Source: Candidatus Bathyarchaeota archaeon
Lineage (GTDB): Archaea; Thermoproteota; Bathyarchaeia; 40CM-2-53-6; RBG-13-38-9
Direction of reading: 5' to 3'
Assembly (NCBI GenBank): GCA_963807605.1
Contig: CAWECG010000003.1
Span: 896,001-960,000 of the forward strand
Length of the DNA: 64,000 nucleotides
Each line of letters starts with the position of its first letter. Position 1 is the first letter of the stretch. Positions 31,428 to 40,693 of the stretch are shown here, one piece after another. Below the pieces are notes generated by a model. It ran no database searches and had not been told where the DNA came from. It worked only from the letters and a program-made list of their open reading frames with translations. The position numbers were made by a program, and so were the translations under genes.

Positions 31428-32468
31428 TTAGGTTGCACTTTCGAACATGCTCTTGAGTGTTGAGGTGAGTCCAAGTAAGAATGCGTATGATTCTTCTGGT
31501 TCTGGGCTCGGTAGCCGGTCGTGAAATTGTATTATGCCTGTATCTACATGCACTGGCGTAATGGAGACCATGCCTTTGTCAATTTGTTCATTCAGGTGGA
31601 GTTGAACCTGTTTTTGGTCTAATAGCGGGAGTTTCTTCTCGGCCCTGATCTTGTTTGATCGTTCTGTTATCAGTTGCGCCCACCCCGATATCTTCGTCAG
31701 GTCGTATGGGAATTTTTCGGCTGGCAGAATTATGTTCAGTAGACTGTATATCCAACAGCTCAGGAGTTCCGTGTATGATGGAGTATTTATCGCTTGAACA
31801 GCTGTCGACAACTCCTCATCATATTCCAACGTTCGTTGCAAGTGATCATCGACTGCGGCTCTGCTTCCGTCGAATGCTATGGTGAGTTTGAGTTTGAATG
31901 CTAGAGCTTTCTTAAGGTAATCAAAAGCCTCACTCTTCTTGCCATCTCCCAGCAGGGAGATGAATCCTGAGTAGGCTTGGTTCAGAATCTCAGCAATATT
32001 TGATGTTACCGTGTCTCCGACAGTGCCGGCGAATGTTGTTATCGCTTCCTCTTTTTCCTGAGTCAAGCTGGGTGCCGACAGTTCAATTTCACAGGTGTAT
32101 GGAATCTCGCCCAAAATAGCTTGGTTATATTTTATCTCCCCTCTTCGGGCTTTCACTATCTTCTTCGTGTCAGCCAAAGAGAGTCTGAGCTTGTCACTCA
32201 GGTGTAGTTCATATTCTTGCCCATGTCCTGTCTTTGTGTAGACATGTCGCGGGATCTTTCTCTTTTCTGTCTCAACAATAAAGTCAACGTAACCTTGAGA
32301 CTGAAGTCGCTTCAATGTCTTTGAGAGAGTTGAGTAACTGACGCTGTGTCCACCCGCTTTAAGTCTCCGCCACAGTTCGTTGAAGCCTAATCCACTCTCT
32401 TGTGGTAAGAAGTTTAGAGCCTGCAGGTCCTGTTCTTCAATATTGGCTATTGGTCCTGGCCTAGTCAT
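31428..32468 (-). CDS. Winged-helix protein with an unknown C-terminal domain (probable regulator of the ABC genes)
   Basis: LGFNELWRRL..VSYSTLSKTLKRLQSQGYV...YTKTGHG, HxlR/PadR-like; lies directly upstream of the ABC pair. Confidence 0.65.
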   Translation of the reverse strand: MTRPGPIANIEEQDLQALNFLPQESGLGFNELWRRLKAGGHSVSYSTLSKTLKRLQSQGYVDFIVETEKRKIPRHVYTKTGHGQEYELHLSDKLRLSLADTKKIVKARRGEIKYNQAILGEIPYTCEIELSAPSLTQEKEEAITTFAGTVGDTVTSNIAEILNQAYSGFISLLGDGKKSEAFDYLKKALAFKLKLTIAFDGSRAAVDDHLQRTLEYDEELSTAVQAINTPSYTELLSCWIYSLLNIILPAEKFPYDLTKISGWAQLITERSNKIRAEKKLPLLDQKQVQLHLNEQIDKGMVSITPVHVDTGIIQFHDRLPSPEPEESYAFLLGLTSTLKSMFESAT

Positions 32469-32817
32469 AGGTACTCCCCATAACAGTAGTGCTATCTTAA
32501 TAAGTAGTATATATAGTGTGGTAGTTGAAGGTACTCCAAATTGTGAGTGGCAGCGGAAAACACAAGAGTCACAATTTCGCCTTGCTACTCACTTCCCCTA
32601 GGATGTTACTGTCAAACTGGTCCAGTAATCGCTTCGTATTAGATGCCAATGCGAGTAGACAGTATCATCAAAGGACCCCACTAACAGCTCCTTCAGGCAG
32701 AGTCATAACAGAGTCCATAAACATCATTTTAAGACCTGCGAACATCAGTCAAAACCGTTGCTAGTGCCCAAAGATTACGTAGATATTAAATACGAAGTGG
32801 GGACAACACCCAACTCT

Positions 32818-33440
32818 GTGAACAGGTTAGGACCCAGCAATCCGACCTCAGCATTGCTGGCATATTTACTAATCCTGATTTTGGTCATCTGATATGCCAG
32901 TGGTCAACCAATTCTGCCCCACCACAGCAGAGCTGGAACCCACCGAACGAGGGAGTAACCGGAGGCCAAAGCCACTATGATATGGGAGGGCGGGCATCGC
33001 CGATAGATTGAATGTCTGGACTGCTGATAAGAATGGAAACCCGAAGAAGATATTCAGCCTGAGCGAACAAGTCTACCTCTACGTTGACACACCCACGAAT
33101 TGGATGGATAATTACATGTGGCTATATGAATATCACCAGTAAAATACATCATCCGGCAGATGGCGCTTCTGGAGAAGGGAGATAGGATTCAGAAGGTTGT
33201 GTTCGGGCCATTCTATCCTGACAAGTCGCAGCCCGCTGGAAACTATACGTGGAAGGCCTGGCTGCTAGAGCCTAAGAGTATGGCGTACCAAGATAAAGTA
33301 GTGACCTTCACTTATGGGTGAAGTCATACCCGATTTTACAGGTTCTGCCGTATTGATCGTCTTCATCATTCTCTTAGCCTTCCCCTTAGTCCTCAATAAG
33401 CTCAATTCTAATTATTTCAGAAGAGAATCGAATAGGAAGA
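32818..33440 (+). pseudogene. Decayed secreted-protein gene with a PEF-CTERM-like C-terminus
   Basis: Fragments across stops and frameshifts: signal peptide ALLAYLLILILVI*, LNVWTADKNGNPKKIFSLSEQVYLYV, FGPFYPDKSQPAGNYTWKAWL, EVIPDF + TM + NK. Confidence 0.6.
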
Positions 33441-33491
33441 GCTTAGAGAATTTAGCTTATGGTTAATTGGAAATCAGAGCAAATCCCGATT

Positions 33492-34742
33492 CTATATCTT
33501 CTTGAGAGCTTGATTGAAATCTGCGATGATATCCTCAACTGCCTCTATTCCAACTGAGACACGGATCATATCTGCAGTTATTCCCAGCTTCTCACGAGTA
33601 GCCAAATCGAAGTTCACATACTGTGAAGAGTATGGATGAATAACAAGAGTTTTACAGTCACCAAGGTTCGCGAGATGATAAACAAGTTTCAAGCTGCGTA
33701 TGAAATCGAAGCACTCCTTCTGGTCGGCAAGCCCGAAGGTAAAGAGGGCACAGCAACCTCTATAGAACTGTTTCTGAGCGGTCTCATAGCTCGGGCTTTC
33801 CTTCAGACTTGGATAGTTAACCCATTTGACCTTCTTATGATTAGACATGAATTCAACAACCTTCTCAGCATTTTGGATATGCCGTTGCATTCTAATAGCT
33901 AGAGTGTCTATTCCTAACATAGTCAGATACGAATGGAATGGAGACTGTGAAGTTCCCACATTTATGTGGATCTCTCGCCAGACCTTATCGATGTAGGCTC
34001 TCTTTCCTGCTCTCGCTTTGAACAGCTCAAAGTCTGGATATTTTTCGACCGGCCAATCGAAGTTTCCAGAATCTATTGCGACTCCACCAACGGCATCACC
34101 ATGACCACTGAGATACTTGGTTGTTGAGTGGATCACGATATCAGCGCCAATGTTGAAGGGGTTTAGCAGATACGGAGTTGGCATTGTATTATCGACTATC
34201 AAGGGTATAGCGTTTCTGTGAGCGATCGCAGCCAACTTCTCAATGTCTGGGACATCCATCTTGGGGTTGCCAACAGATTCAACAAAGATCGCTTTGGTCT
34301 TGGGAGTGATCGCTCTCTCATACTCCTCAAGAATCGTGGACTCAACAAAGTTTACTTTTATTCCGAACTTCTTGAAGACGTTAGCCAGCAGAAGGTATGT
34401 TGACATAAACAGAGAGTTTCCAGAGATCACTTCATCTCCACTCTGGACAATCGCAGCTAAAGAATTGTGAACGGCTGCCATTCCTGAGGAAGTTACTACT
34501 GCCCCGACGCCGCCTTCGAGTTGAGTAATCCTATTCTCAAGAGCCTCGTTTGTCGGATTGCGCAACCTTTGATAAATAAATCCTTTCTCCTTTCCGGCAA
34601 ATGCGTCGCTTAACTGCTCCGCTGTTGAGAACTTATGCGCGGCGGTCTGAAATATGGGCGCAAGAGTGCTCCCACACCAATTCTCAGGAGTGACTCCAGC
34701 GTGTACAACTAACGTCTCAAATCTGTACTTTTCACTAACCAT
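33492..34742 (-). CDS. metY: O-acetylhomoserine sulfhydrylase
   Basis: PIFQT, YQRLRNPT, SSGMAA, IVDNT, HSTTKYLSGHG, ANLGD.KTL.IHP, IRVSVGIE. Confidence 0.9.
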   Translation of the reverse strand: MVSEKYRFETLVVHAGVTPENWCGSTLAPIFQTAAHKFSTAEQLSDAFAGKEKGFIYQRLRNPTNEALENRITQLEGGVGAVVTSSGMAAVHNSLAAIVQSGDEVISGNSLFMSTYLLLANVFKKFGIKVNFVESTILEEYERAITPKTKAIFVESVGNPKMDVPDIEKLAAIAHRNAIPLIVDNTMPTPYLLNPFNIGADIVIHSTTKYLSGHGDAVGGVAIDSGNFDWPVEKYPDFELFKARAGKRAYIDKVWREIHINVGTSQSPFHSYLTMLGIDTLAIRMQRHIQNAEKVVEFMSNHKKVKWVNYPSLKESPSYETAQKQFYRGCCALFTFGLADQKECFDFIRSLKLVYHLANLGDCKTLVIHPYSSQYVNFDLATREKLGITADMIRVSVGIEAVEDIIADFNQALKKI

Positions 34743-34855
34743 GCTAAAGACTCCTACGTAATCATTTCAGTGTAAACAACCGTAGTCTTTAATACCTTTA
34801 GCCCTATACCGAAAGAATCGATTCTTAGACGATTGTATCCGATCTTAATTATAAT

Positions 34856-35137
34856 TTAGGATGAGAGTTTCATTTTCAGGGCTGACTTGTAACCTCGTTC
34901 GGATTTCTGAATGATAACGATGAATTCTTTCTCTTTCTGTTGAAAGCTAAGAATGGTGTCTCCGAGCTGCTCTACTGCAAGACGGATATTATCGGCTGTA
35001 GCTCGATCATCAATCAATACTCGTAGCGTCTCACCAGGCTTCATTTGATCGAGTGTGACTTTGGTCTTGAGCTGAGGGTACGGGCAACATGTACCCTTGA
35101 CATCTAAGACGCGCTCATTAACAGAAGGTTCAGCCAG
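34856..35137 (-). CDS. tusA: TusA/YeeD sulfur carrier with a probable CTG start
   Basis: In-frame extension upstream of the ORF-track ATG gives LDVKGTCCPYP (TusA CPxP motif). The only start candidate is CTG 35137, preceded by GAGGAG. Confidence 0.85.
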   Translation of the reverse strand: MAEPSVNERVLDVKGTCCPYPQLKTKVTLDQMKPGETLRVLIDDRATADNIRLAVEQLGDTILSFQQKEKEFIVIIQKSERGYKSALKMKLSS

Positions 35138-35151
35138 ATTCCCGTCTCCTC

Positions 35152-35745
35152 TTATTCTTTTATTGATGCGTGTGCGTTGCGGCGTAGAGTGAACATAAGA
35201 ACTATAAGGACCACTGCAATCAGGGGCACAAGTAGAAATGTCGGAATCCGTAGTATCTGCGGCAGAAGAACCCCCGGCGGATAAAGACCGAACTCAGGAC
35301 CAATCACGCCGACAGCTTCAAGTGTAATCGCGGAGGCAAACCCCGTCATCAACCCTAGAAAGGCCACAACAGAGCTCAGTTGACCCTCACCTATCCTGAA
35401 GAGTATTCCTGCAACGCAACCTCCAGCAAGGATCATTCCAAACCCAAAGAGTAGACCACCGACCAAGTCTCGCTCGATGACTAGGGGGGGTTCAAAGAAG
35501 TTCGGGCTTACTCCTACGGATCTCAACAGATTAAACTTGTCAATTAACCCAAAAGATAATGCTAGATTGAAAAGAATCATTGACGCTAAGATCGCACCGA
35601 TGAGTCCCACTATTCTTCTGTGATTCTTGAAAAAGACCGACTCTGTCAGCATCAGGGTCATGCAAAACTGTCCTTTCTCAAAGAGGAAACCCAGAAGTAC
35701 ACCTGTGACAAATGCGATTAAGAGTATAACCACGAAGTCCGTCAA
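35152..35745 (-). CDS. YeeE/YedE (thiosulfate transporter family), N-terminal-type half
   Basis: KGQFCM, GGLLFGFGMILAGGCVAG.L.RIGEG. Confidence 0.85.
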   Translation of the reverse strand: MTDFVVILLIAFVTGVLLGFLFEKGQFCMTLMLTESVFFKNHRRIVGLIGAILASMILFNLALSFGLIDKFNLLRSVGVSPNFFEPPLVIERDLVGGLLFGFGMILAGGCVAGILFRIGEGQLSSVVAFLGLMTGFASAITLEAVGVIGPEFGLYPPGVLLPQILRIPTFLLVPLIAVVLIVLMFTLRRNAHASIKE

Positions 35746-35760
35746 GGATCACCTAGGAGA

Positions 35761-36249
35761 TCAGACCCCATACTTCAACATCAACCTCAAACAAATGTAG
35801 GCTCCAACAATGATTGCTGCAGAGGCAAGTATACTTGCAGGCACTAGCAACGGGGTGCCGCCGAGAATATGGAGCAGATTGCATCCGTGGGTTAGGGCAA
35901 CTCCTAAGCCCATAAGGAGCCCACCGGCGAAAGATCTTGCCGCAATTTTTGCGCGAGGTCTTCTGAGCTTGAAGTTTCTGCCAGCAAGGGCTGAGACTAA
36001 GGATCCCACAATTGTTCCCGCCCCCCACATCCCTGATATGAGGAAAATTATCCAAGTAGGGCCGGAGAGATAGCCGTAAAGAACTGGACTCAGCTTAGAG
36101 ATGTCTCCGCTCAAGAATAGAACTGGTAGAAGAAAAGCGACTCCGGCTGCACCTGAAGGAGCATATGGAGCAATCAAAATGAATCCACCTAGATTGACTA
36201 CGACTATGAGAAGAGCTGAGACAAGTGGATGTTTGGTCCAGTCCCTCAA
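35761..36249 (-). CDS. YeeE/YedE family, C-terminal-type half
   Basis: GSLVSALAGRNFKLR, FAGGLLMGLGVALTHGCN..H. Confidence 0.8.
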   Translation of the reverse strand: MRDWTKHPLVSALLIVVVNLGGFILIAPYAPSGAAGVAFLLPVLFLSGDISKLSPVLYGYLSGPTWIIFLISGMWGAGTIVGSLVSALAGRNFKLRRPRAKIAARSFAGGLLMGLGVALTHGCNLLHILGGTPLLVPASILASAAIIVGAYICLRLMLKYGV

Positions 36250-36329
36250 ATGCTTACCACTAGCTGTTGGCCTCTGAGTCTAAAAACACATGTTGAATTA
36301 TAAAAGATTACAGTGTCCTTGTCAAACAA

Positions 36330-37535
36330 TCAGACTCGAAATATACTAGTCAATAACTCCATGATAGAAACTGCAAACCAAACATACCATGAAGCCGCGA
36401 CTACCATCATGAGAGAAATGAAGAGACTTCGGACACGCTTCTTTGTCCCTCTTACATAGACATCGATTGCACCTCGGGAACAGACCTCTATGCATCTGCA
36501 ACACTTGACGCAATCTGAGTTGGGTCTATCTTTTTCGGTTAGTATCTTGGGTGAGATTGCGTGCATAGGACAAACATTTGCGCAGGCGTAGCACCTATCA
36601 CACTTGGAGGGATCTATGCCGATCTTAAAGGGAGTTATTGTGTCCACAAGAGCGATTCCGGCTCCGGCCGGGCAGATCAGACACCACCACCGTTTTCTCG
36701 TGTTGAGTGGCAGGATTAGACCCATTAAAATAAGCATCATGATGATGAGAATCGCACCTAGGGGGTAGAGAAATTTGAACATAAAACCCAATGTGCACAG
36801 AGTATTCATTCCAAGAAGAAAGCTTGGAAGAAGAAGCGCTATCATAAAGAGGTACTTGATGTATCTGACCTCTCCTTTAAGGCAGTCCAGAAGCTCTTTG
36901 CCATCGCTTGGTCTGAATCTTTCTCTAAGACCAGCTAGCTTCCATCTCTCCCTGCCTCTTGAGGCAATAGATTCAGTTTGGTTGCCAAAGTAGCAGACCC
37001 AACCACACCAACCCCTCCCAAAAACTAGAACCAAGGCCAAGTAGGGTACCAACACGAAGGTGAACATACCCAAGGTTATGGGAGGATAATGAAAGGGAAA
37101 AATGAGAAAGAGAAGTCTTTCAACTGGATACGGAATAGAAAGCTCGATCCATGGAAAAGAAAGTTGCATCAATATAGTGGAGCCTAAAGTAGATGGGAGC
37201 TGCCTGACAAAGGGTACATGTGTAAATCCAAAACCGATGACCTTCGATTCGTAGAAAAACCAATGAGTATTCACGTACTGAAGGAAAGAGGCCCAATTCA
37301 TTTCAACAAGCAGACTTAGAGCGCCAATCCAAGTTACAAATGTTAAGGCCGTTATGTAAAGCAATCTGATTCTGTGGATCTTCCAAGTTCTCAGGAGCGC
37401 ATTAATTACTGCTCCAAAACCAATCCCAAAGATCAGCCCCAATATCAGGTATGGGCGAAAGTAAATGTAGAAAACAAATGAGCCGATTACCAGACTAGTT
37501 ATTATTGGAACTGAGTTGAATGACCTATGGTTCAA
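36330..37535 (-). CDS. Membrane polyferredoxin (NapH/MauN-like)
   Basis: Multiple TMs, GRGWCGWVC, WCLICP, CDRCYACANVCP and CVKCCRCIEVC 4Fe-4S motifs. Confidence 0.85.
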   Translation of the reverse strand: MNHRSFNSVPIITSLVIGSFVFYIYFRPYLILGLIFGIGFGAVINALLRTWKIHRIRLLYITALTFVTWIGALSLLVEMNWASFLQYVNTHWFFYESKVIGFGFTHVPFVRQLPSTLGSTILMQLSFPWIELSIPYPVERLLFLIFPFHYPPITLGMFTFVLVPYLALVLVFGRGWCGWVCYFGNQTESIASRGRERWKLAGLRERFRPSDGKELLDCLKGEVRYIKYLFMIALLLPSFLLGMNTLCTLGFMFKFLYPLGAILIIMMLILMGLILPLNTRKRWWCLICPAGAGIALVDTITPFKIGIDPSKCDRCYACANVCPMHAISPKILTEKDRPNSDCVKCCRCIEVCSRGAIDVYVRGTKKRVRSLFISLMMVVAASWYVWFAVSIMELLTSIFRV

Positions 37536-37538
37536 TTT

Positions 37539-37976
37539 CTATGTCGACCTCCCAAGCACTTGAATGAGGATTGAGTCACCTCTCAAAGTGGTTGGGCCAC
37601 TTATCCAGCCGACCGTTACTATGACAGGTTCCTCATAGTCATCAACAAGAGTTAACTCTGCCCTTCCATTAACGAGGTTAACTCTTGATTGACTTAATTT
37701 CGCATGGCTTTCTGAATTCGCGTAGATCTGAACGAGATCATTTCTTGTCGGGTCGAATCTGCCGTCGTCACTGACCGCTGATATTACTATATGATAACTC
37801 TCTCCTACAGTAGCTTGAGGATTAATCACAATCACACGTAAGTTTGTAGCTGTTACTCGAGTTCCTGAAGGGAGAAGCCAGGGTATCGCACTATAGGCTG
37901 CAAAAACTACCAGACATGACAAGTAGAGGATCGCTACGCCAATCTGGATTGAATTCCGGAGGTTTATTCGCAGCAT
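37539..37976 (-). CDS. Membrane-anchored Ig-like hypothetical protein
   Basis: N-terminal TM followed by a beta-rich domain; 3 bp upstream of the polyferredoxin gene. Confidence 0.6.
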   Translation of the reverse strand: MLRINLRNSIQIGVAILYLSCLVVFAAYSAIPWLLPSGTRVTATNLRVIVINPQATVGESYHIVISAVSDDGRFDPTRNDLVQIYANSESHAKLSQSRVNLVNGRAELTLVDDYEEPVIVTVGWISGPTTLRGDSILIQVLGRST

Positions 37977-38239
37977 CCCTTTATCACTCAGCCTCTTCGC
38001 ATGGTCTTGAGATAGGTGTCCAGCAACCTACCTGTGAAAACCGTTAGTGTTGTCTGTGAGGACAAGAGTCGATGGATCCAACTTTATATCTCTTGCGAAT
38101 CATGGGAGCACGTCAGAGGAATTAGAACTCGTAAAATCTTAAGAAAATACTAGGATCCGCCAAGAGGAAAGAGTGGATCTAAAGACCTACGTTCAATACT
38201 CCTTTTTATCGGCCCTAACGATATCTCGAGCAACATAAT

Positions 38240-39178
38240 CTATTCGCTCTCAACAAGCCTAACAATTCTAGGCCTCCCGTCAGGCTGCTTCATCTCTTTG
38301 TCCACATAGAAGAAACCGTATTCGTCTTTTATTGGATCTGCGACTAAAGCGATGACATACGAGAACTGTTGAAGAATCAACTGTGTCCTGATATCCACAT
38401 CTGAAAGAAAGGCACCCAAACCTAGATGTGAATGATACCATCCAACGATCCTTTGATTCTTACCATCGTTCATTATTTTCTCAACTATCTCTGCTAGGTG
38501 CTGTGGATCTAAGGCTACCTCAGTAGGGCCTGCATAGGATACTCGACCCGGTAGAGCCTCCTCGACGATAACAGTATTTCCCACAACCCTGCCAGTTAAG
38601 ACTCCAACAACTTCCTCATCCGGCTTATCCCTCTGATTCGTGTGGGATCTGGCGCGTTCCATAATCTCCTCTATGATTCCAGGGACGACTCCCAACTGGA
38701 AAGCTAGAGATTCTTCACCCCTGTAGATCGTCAGTTGGGAAGTGATTGGAGGAGGCATCGCGATCTTTCTGATAGGCAAATGACCTTCCACGAGCCTGTC
38801 GAAGTCTCTGGACAATCTTTCAAAAGAAATTCTAGTTTCTTCCATTTTTGAATCAAAGTCGCCAATATTCTGTGCGATGTCTTGGATTCTTTTCTCAAAG
38901 TAATCCTTGAGATCGCCAAGCTGTGATTCGAGAGAGCGACTGTTGTCAGACAAACGATTCGATTCAGACTGCAAAAAAGATACCGTACTATTGAGCGTTT
39001 GGATTTCTAGTGCTAAAGAATCCAGCTTGGAAGTTTCAGCAGCCATCTTCTCAATTAGGACTTTAGTCTCAAGAGTCCTTTTCCCTCGCGATCGTTGCCC
39101 CTTCCTATCACTCATATCCTTTGACTTACTCTTGAAGACCCTACTAATTGGGAGACCGACCACACCATTCACAACCAT
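38240..39178 (-). CDS. JAMM/MPN+ metalloprotease (Rpn11/CSN5-like) with an N-terminal coiled coil
   Basis: EVVGVLTG...IVGWYHSHLGLGAFLSDVDIRTQ..Q, ALVADP; heptad-rich residues ~35-130. Confidence 0.85.
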   Translation of the reverse strand: MVVNGVVGLPISRVFKSKSKDMSDRKGQRSRGKRTLETKVLIEKMAAETSKLDSLALEIQTLNSTVSFLQSESNRLSDNSRSLESQLGDLKDYFEKRIQDIAQNIGDFDSKMEETRISFERLSRDFDRLVEGHLPIRKIAMPPPITSQLTIYRGEESLAFQLGVVPGIIEEIMERARSHTNQRDKPDEEVVGVLTGRVVGNTVIVEEALPGRVSYAGPTEVALDPQHLAEIVEKIMNDGKNQRIVGWYHSHLGLGAFLSDVDIRTQLILQQFSYVIALVADPIKDEYGFFYVDKEMKQPDGRPRIVRLVESE

Positions 39179-39538
39179 AAGTCACGAGGAAGAGTATTAA
39201 TAATACTACCCCACCCGCCTATGAAATCCGTTGCAGATGACCGACACATCAGCATATTCAAAAAGAACCAAGCACGAATCTATTCGAATCCAAACACCAT
39301 TGAAGAGTACATAGGGTCTTGAAATAAAGGGAACTATCCGTCGTAATTGGAATAAGGCACGCGAAAGAGAAGTTCAGTGCACCACTTGAAGAACTGATCA
39401 GCATCAATGAAGCTCAGCGGATCCTAGAGGACAAATACTCCGAGCTAATAAGAAGCTTCAGAGCGTGACCCTTCCACTATGGACTACTATTCTTCAAAAA
39501 CTCCTCCGTGTCCGGGAAAAAGTCGGTCGTCCTTCAAA

Positions 39539-39949
39539 TTACGTAGAAGGTAATAGAGCTCTTATCACATCTCCGAATCTTGGAACCGTCTCAAATTGGT
39601 CGACCATCTTCAGCTCTATCCACATAAACTCAGTATGTTCCCAGTCAAGTTTGATCCTAGGAACGTGCGTCTCGAAGAGAAATGGATACACCAAAGCCTC
39701 ATTTTGGCTATCAATGTCCACCAATATGGGTGACGCCGATCCAAGAAGCTCAATTTCGTCTTCTCGAAGACCCGTCTCTTCTAGGATTTCTTTGTATGCG
39801 GTCTCCTTGGGGCCCATTCCATCTTCTATTCTGCCTGCTACTCCACACCAGAGTCCTTGGTTAATATTGACTTTGTTGCTGCGCTTCAGAAGCAAGAGAA
39901 GACCATTCCAAGTGATTAAGCACGTGACTGTATTGAATCTCTGTTTCAT
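39539..39949 (-). CDS. NUDIX hydrolase
   Basis: LLLKRS, W.GVAGRIEDG.GPKETAYKEILEETGL, LDWEH. Confidence 0.9.
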   Translation of the reverse strand: MKQRFNTVTCLITWNGLLLLLKRSNKVNINQGLWCGVAGRIEDGMGPKETAYKEILEETGLREDEIELLGSASPILVDIDSQNEALVYPFLFETHVPRIKLDWEHTEFMWIELKMVDQFETVPRFGDVIRALLPST

Positions 39950-40031
39950 GAGACAACAATCTCCCCATGGACTGAGTTGTCTTGTCCAACTCTGTACGAA
40001 CTAGAAGAAACTACTCTATTAAATACTTGAA

Positions 40032-40277
40032 TTGACATGGCTAGATAATGTATCCCAACGGAAGAGGATAGATATGACAGAACAAGAACAATTGGACACA
40101 TTGAGTAACTTGATCTATCGAAGCCAAGATATGTGTCCTGCATGTAAGGAACTGTTTGACCAGATCACTTGGGAATTAATGAATGAGTTTGAAAAGGTAA
40201 TCGGCAGTAAGAAAAGAAAACGTGAAGGGGCCAATCAACCAAAAGATCTACCAAAGAGCTCGAGTGAGGTCTTATAA
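40032..40277 (+). CDS. Small hypothetical protein (CPAC motif, basic tail)
   Basis: Stand-alone ORF with protein-like composition in an otherwise empty gap. Confidence 0.45.
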   Translation: MTWLDNVSQRKRIDMTEQEQLDTLSNLIYRSQDMCPACKELFDQITWELMNEFEKVIGSKKRKREGANQPKDLPKSSSEVL

Positions 40278-40337
40278 TTGCAGCCGAAGAGACCAAAGAG
40301 GGGCACCTCATAGGGCATTCAAATGGCCCAGAGTAAT

Positions 40338-40382
40338 CTACTTCTTCTTTTTAGGCTTCTTCACCTGTTTAAATTTACCCAT
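40338..40382 (-). CDS. Candidate 14-aa Lys-rich micropeptide MGKFKQVKKPKKKK
   Basis: AAGGAGGGGAGGTT immediately before the ATG (GGAGG at 7-nt spacing); TAG stop. Confidence 0.45.
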   Translation of the reverse strand: MGKFKQVKKPKKKK

Positions 40383-40693
40383 AACCTCCCCTCCTTAAGC
40401 TTAGCTACAGAACGGGAAGAACCTCCTATCAAAATATACGATGTTTTCTTATCAATCTTGTGAAACGGGCCTATTAATGCTTAGGTGCGCGATTTCTTGG
40501 CTACTAGTCAAGATCAGAGCACCGATAATCTCACGAGAAATACAATCTCAACTCCAGGAGAATAGCTTGCAGCAGGCTTAGATTGGTTTAAGTCTCAGGT
40601 CTATCACCTATTTCACCCTCAGTGCGAGGACAGCAACTAGGTTGGAACCGTGAATGTGTTCAGTCCTGAAAGAATAATTCTAGAGGTGCGACT

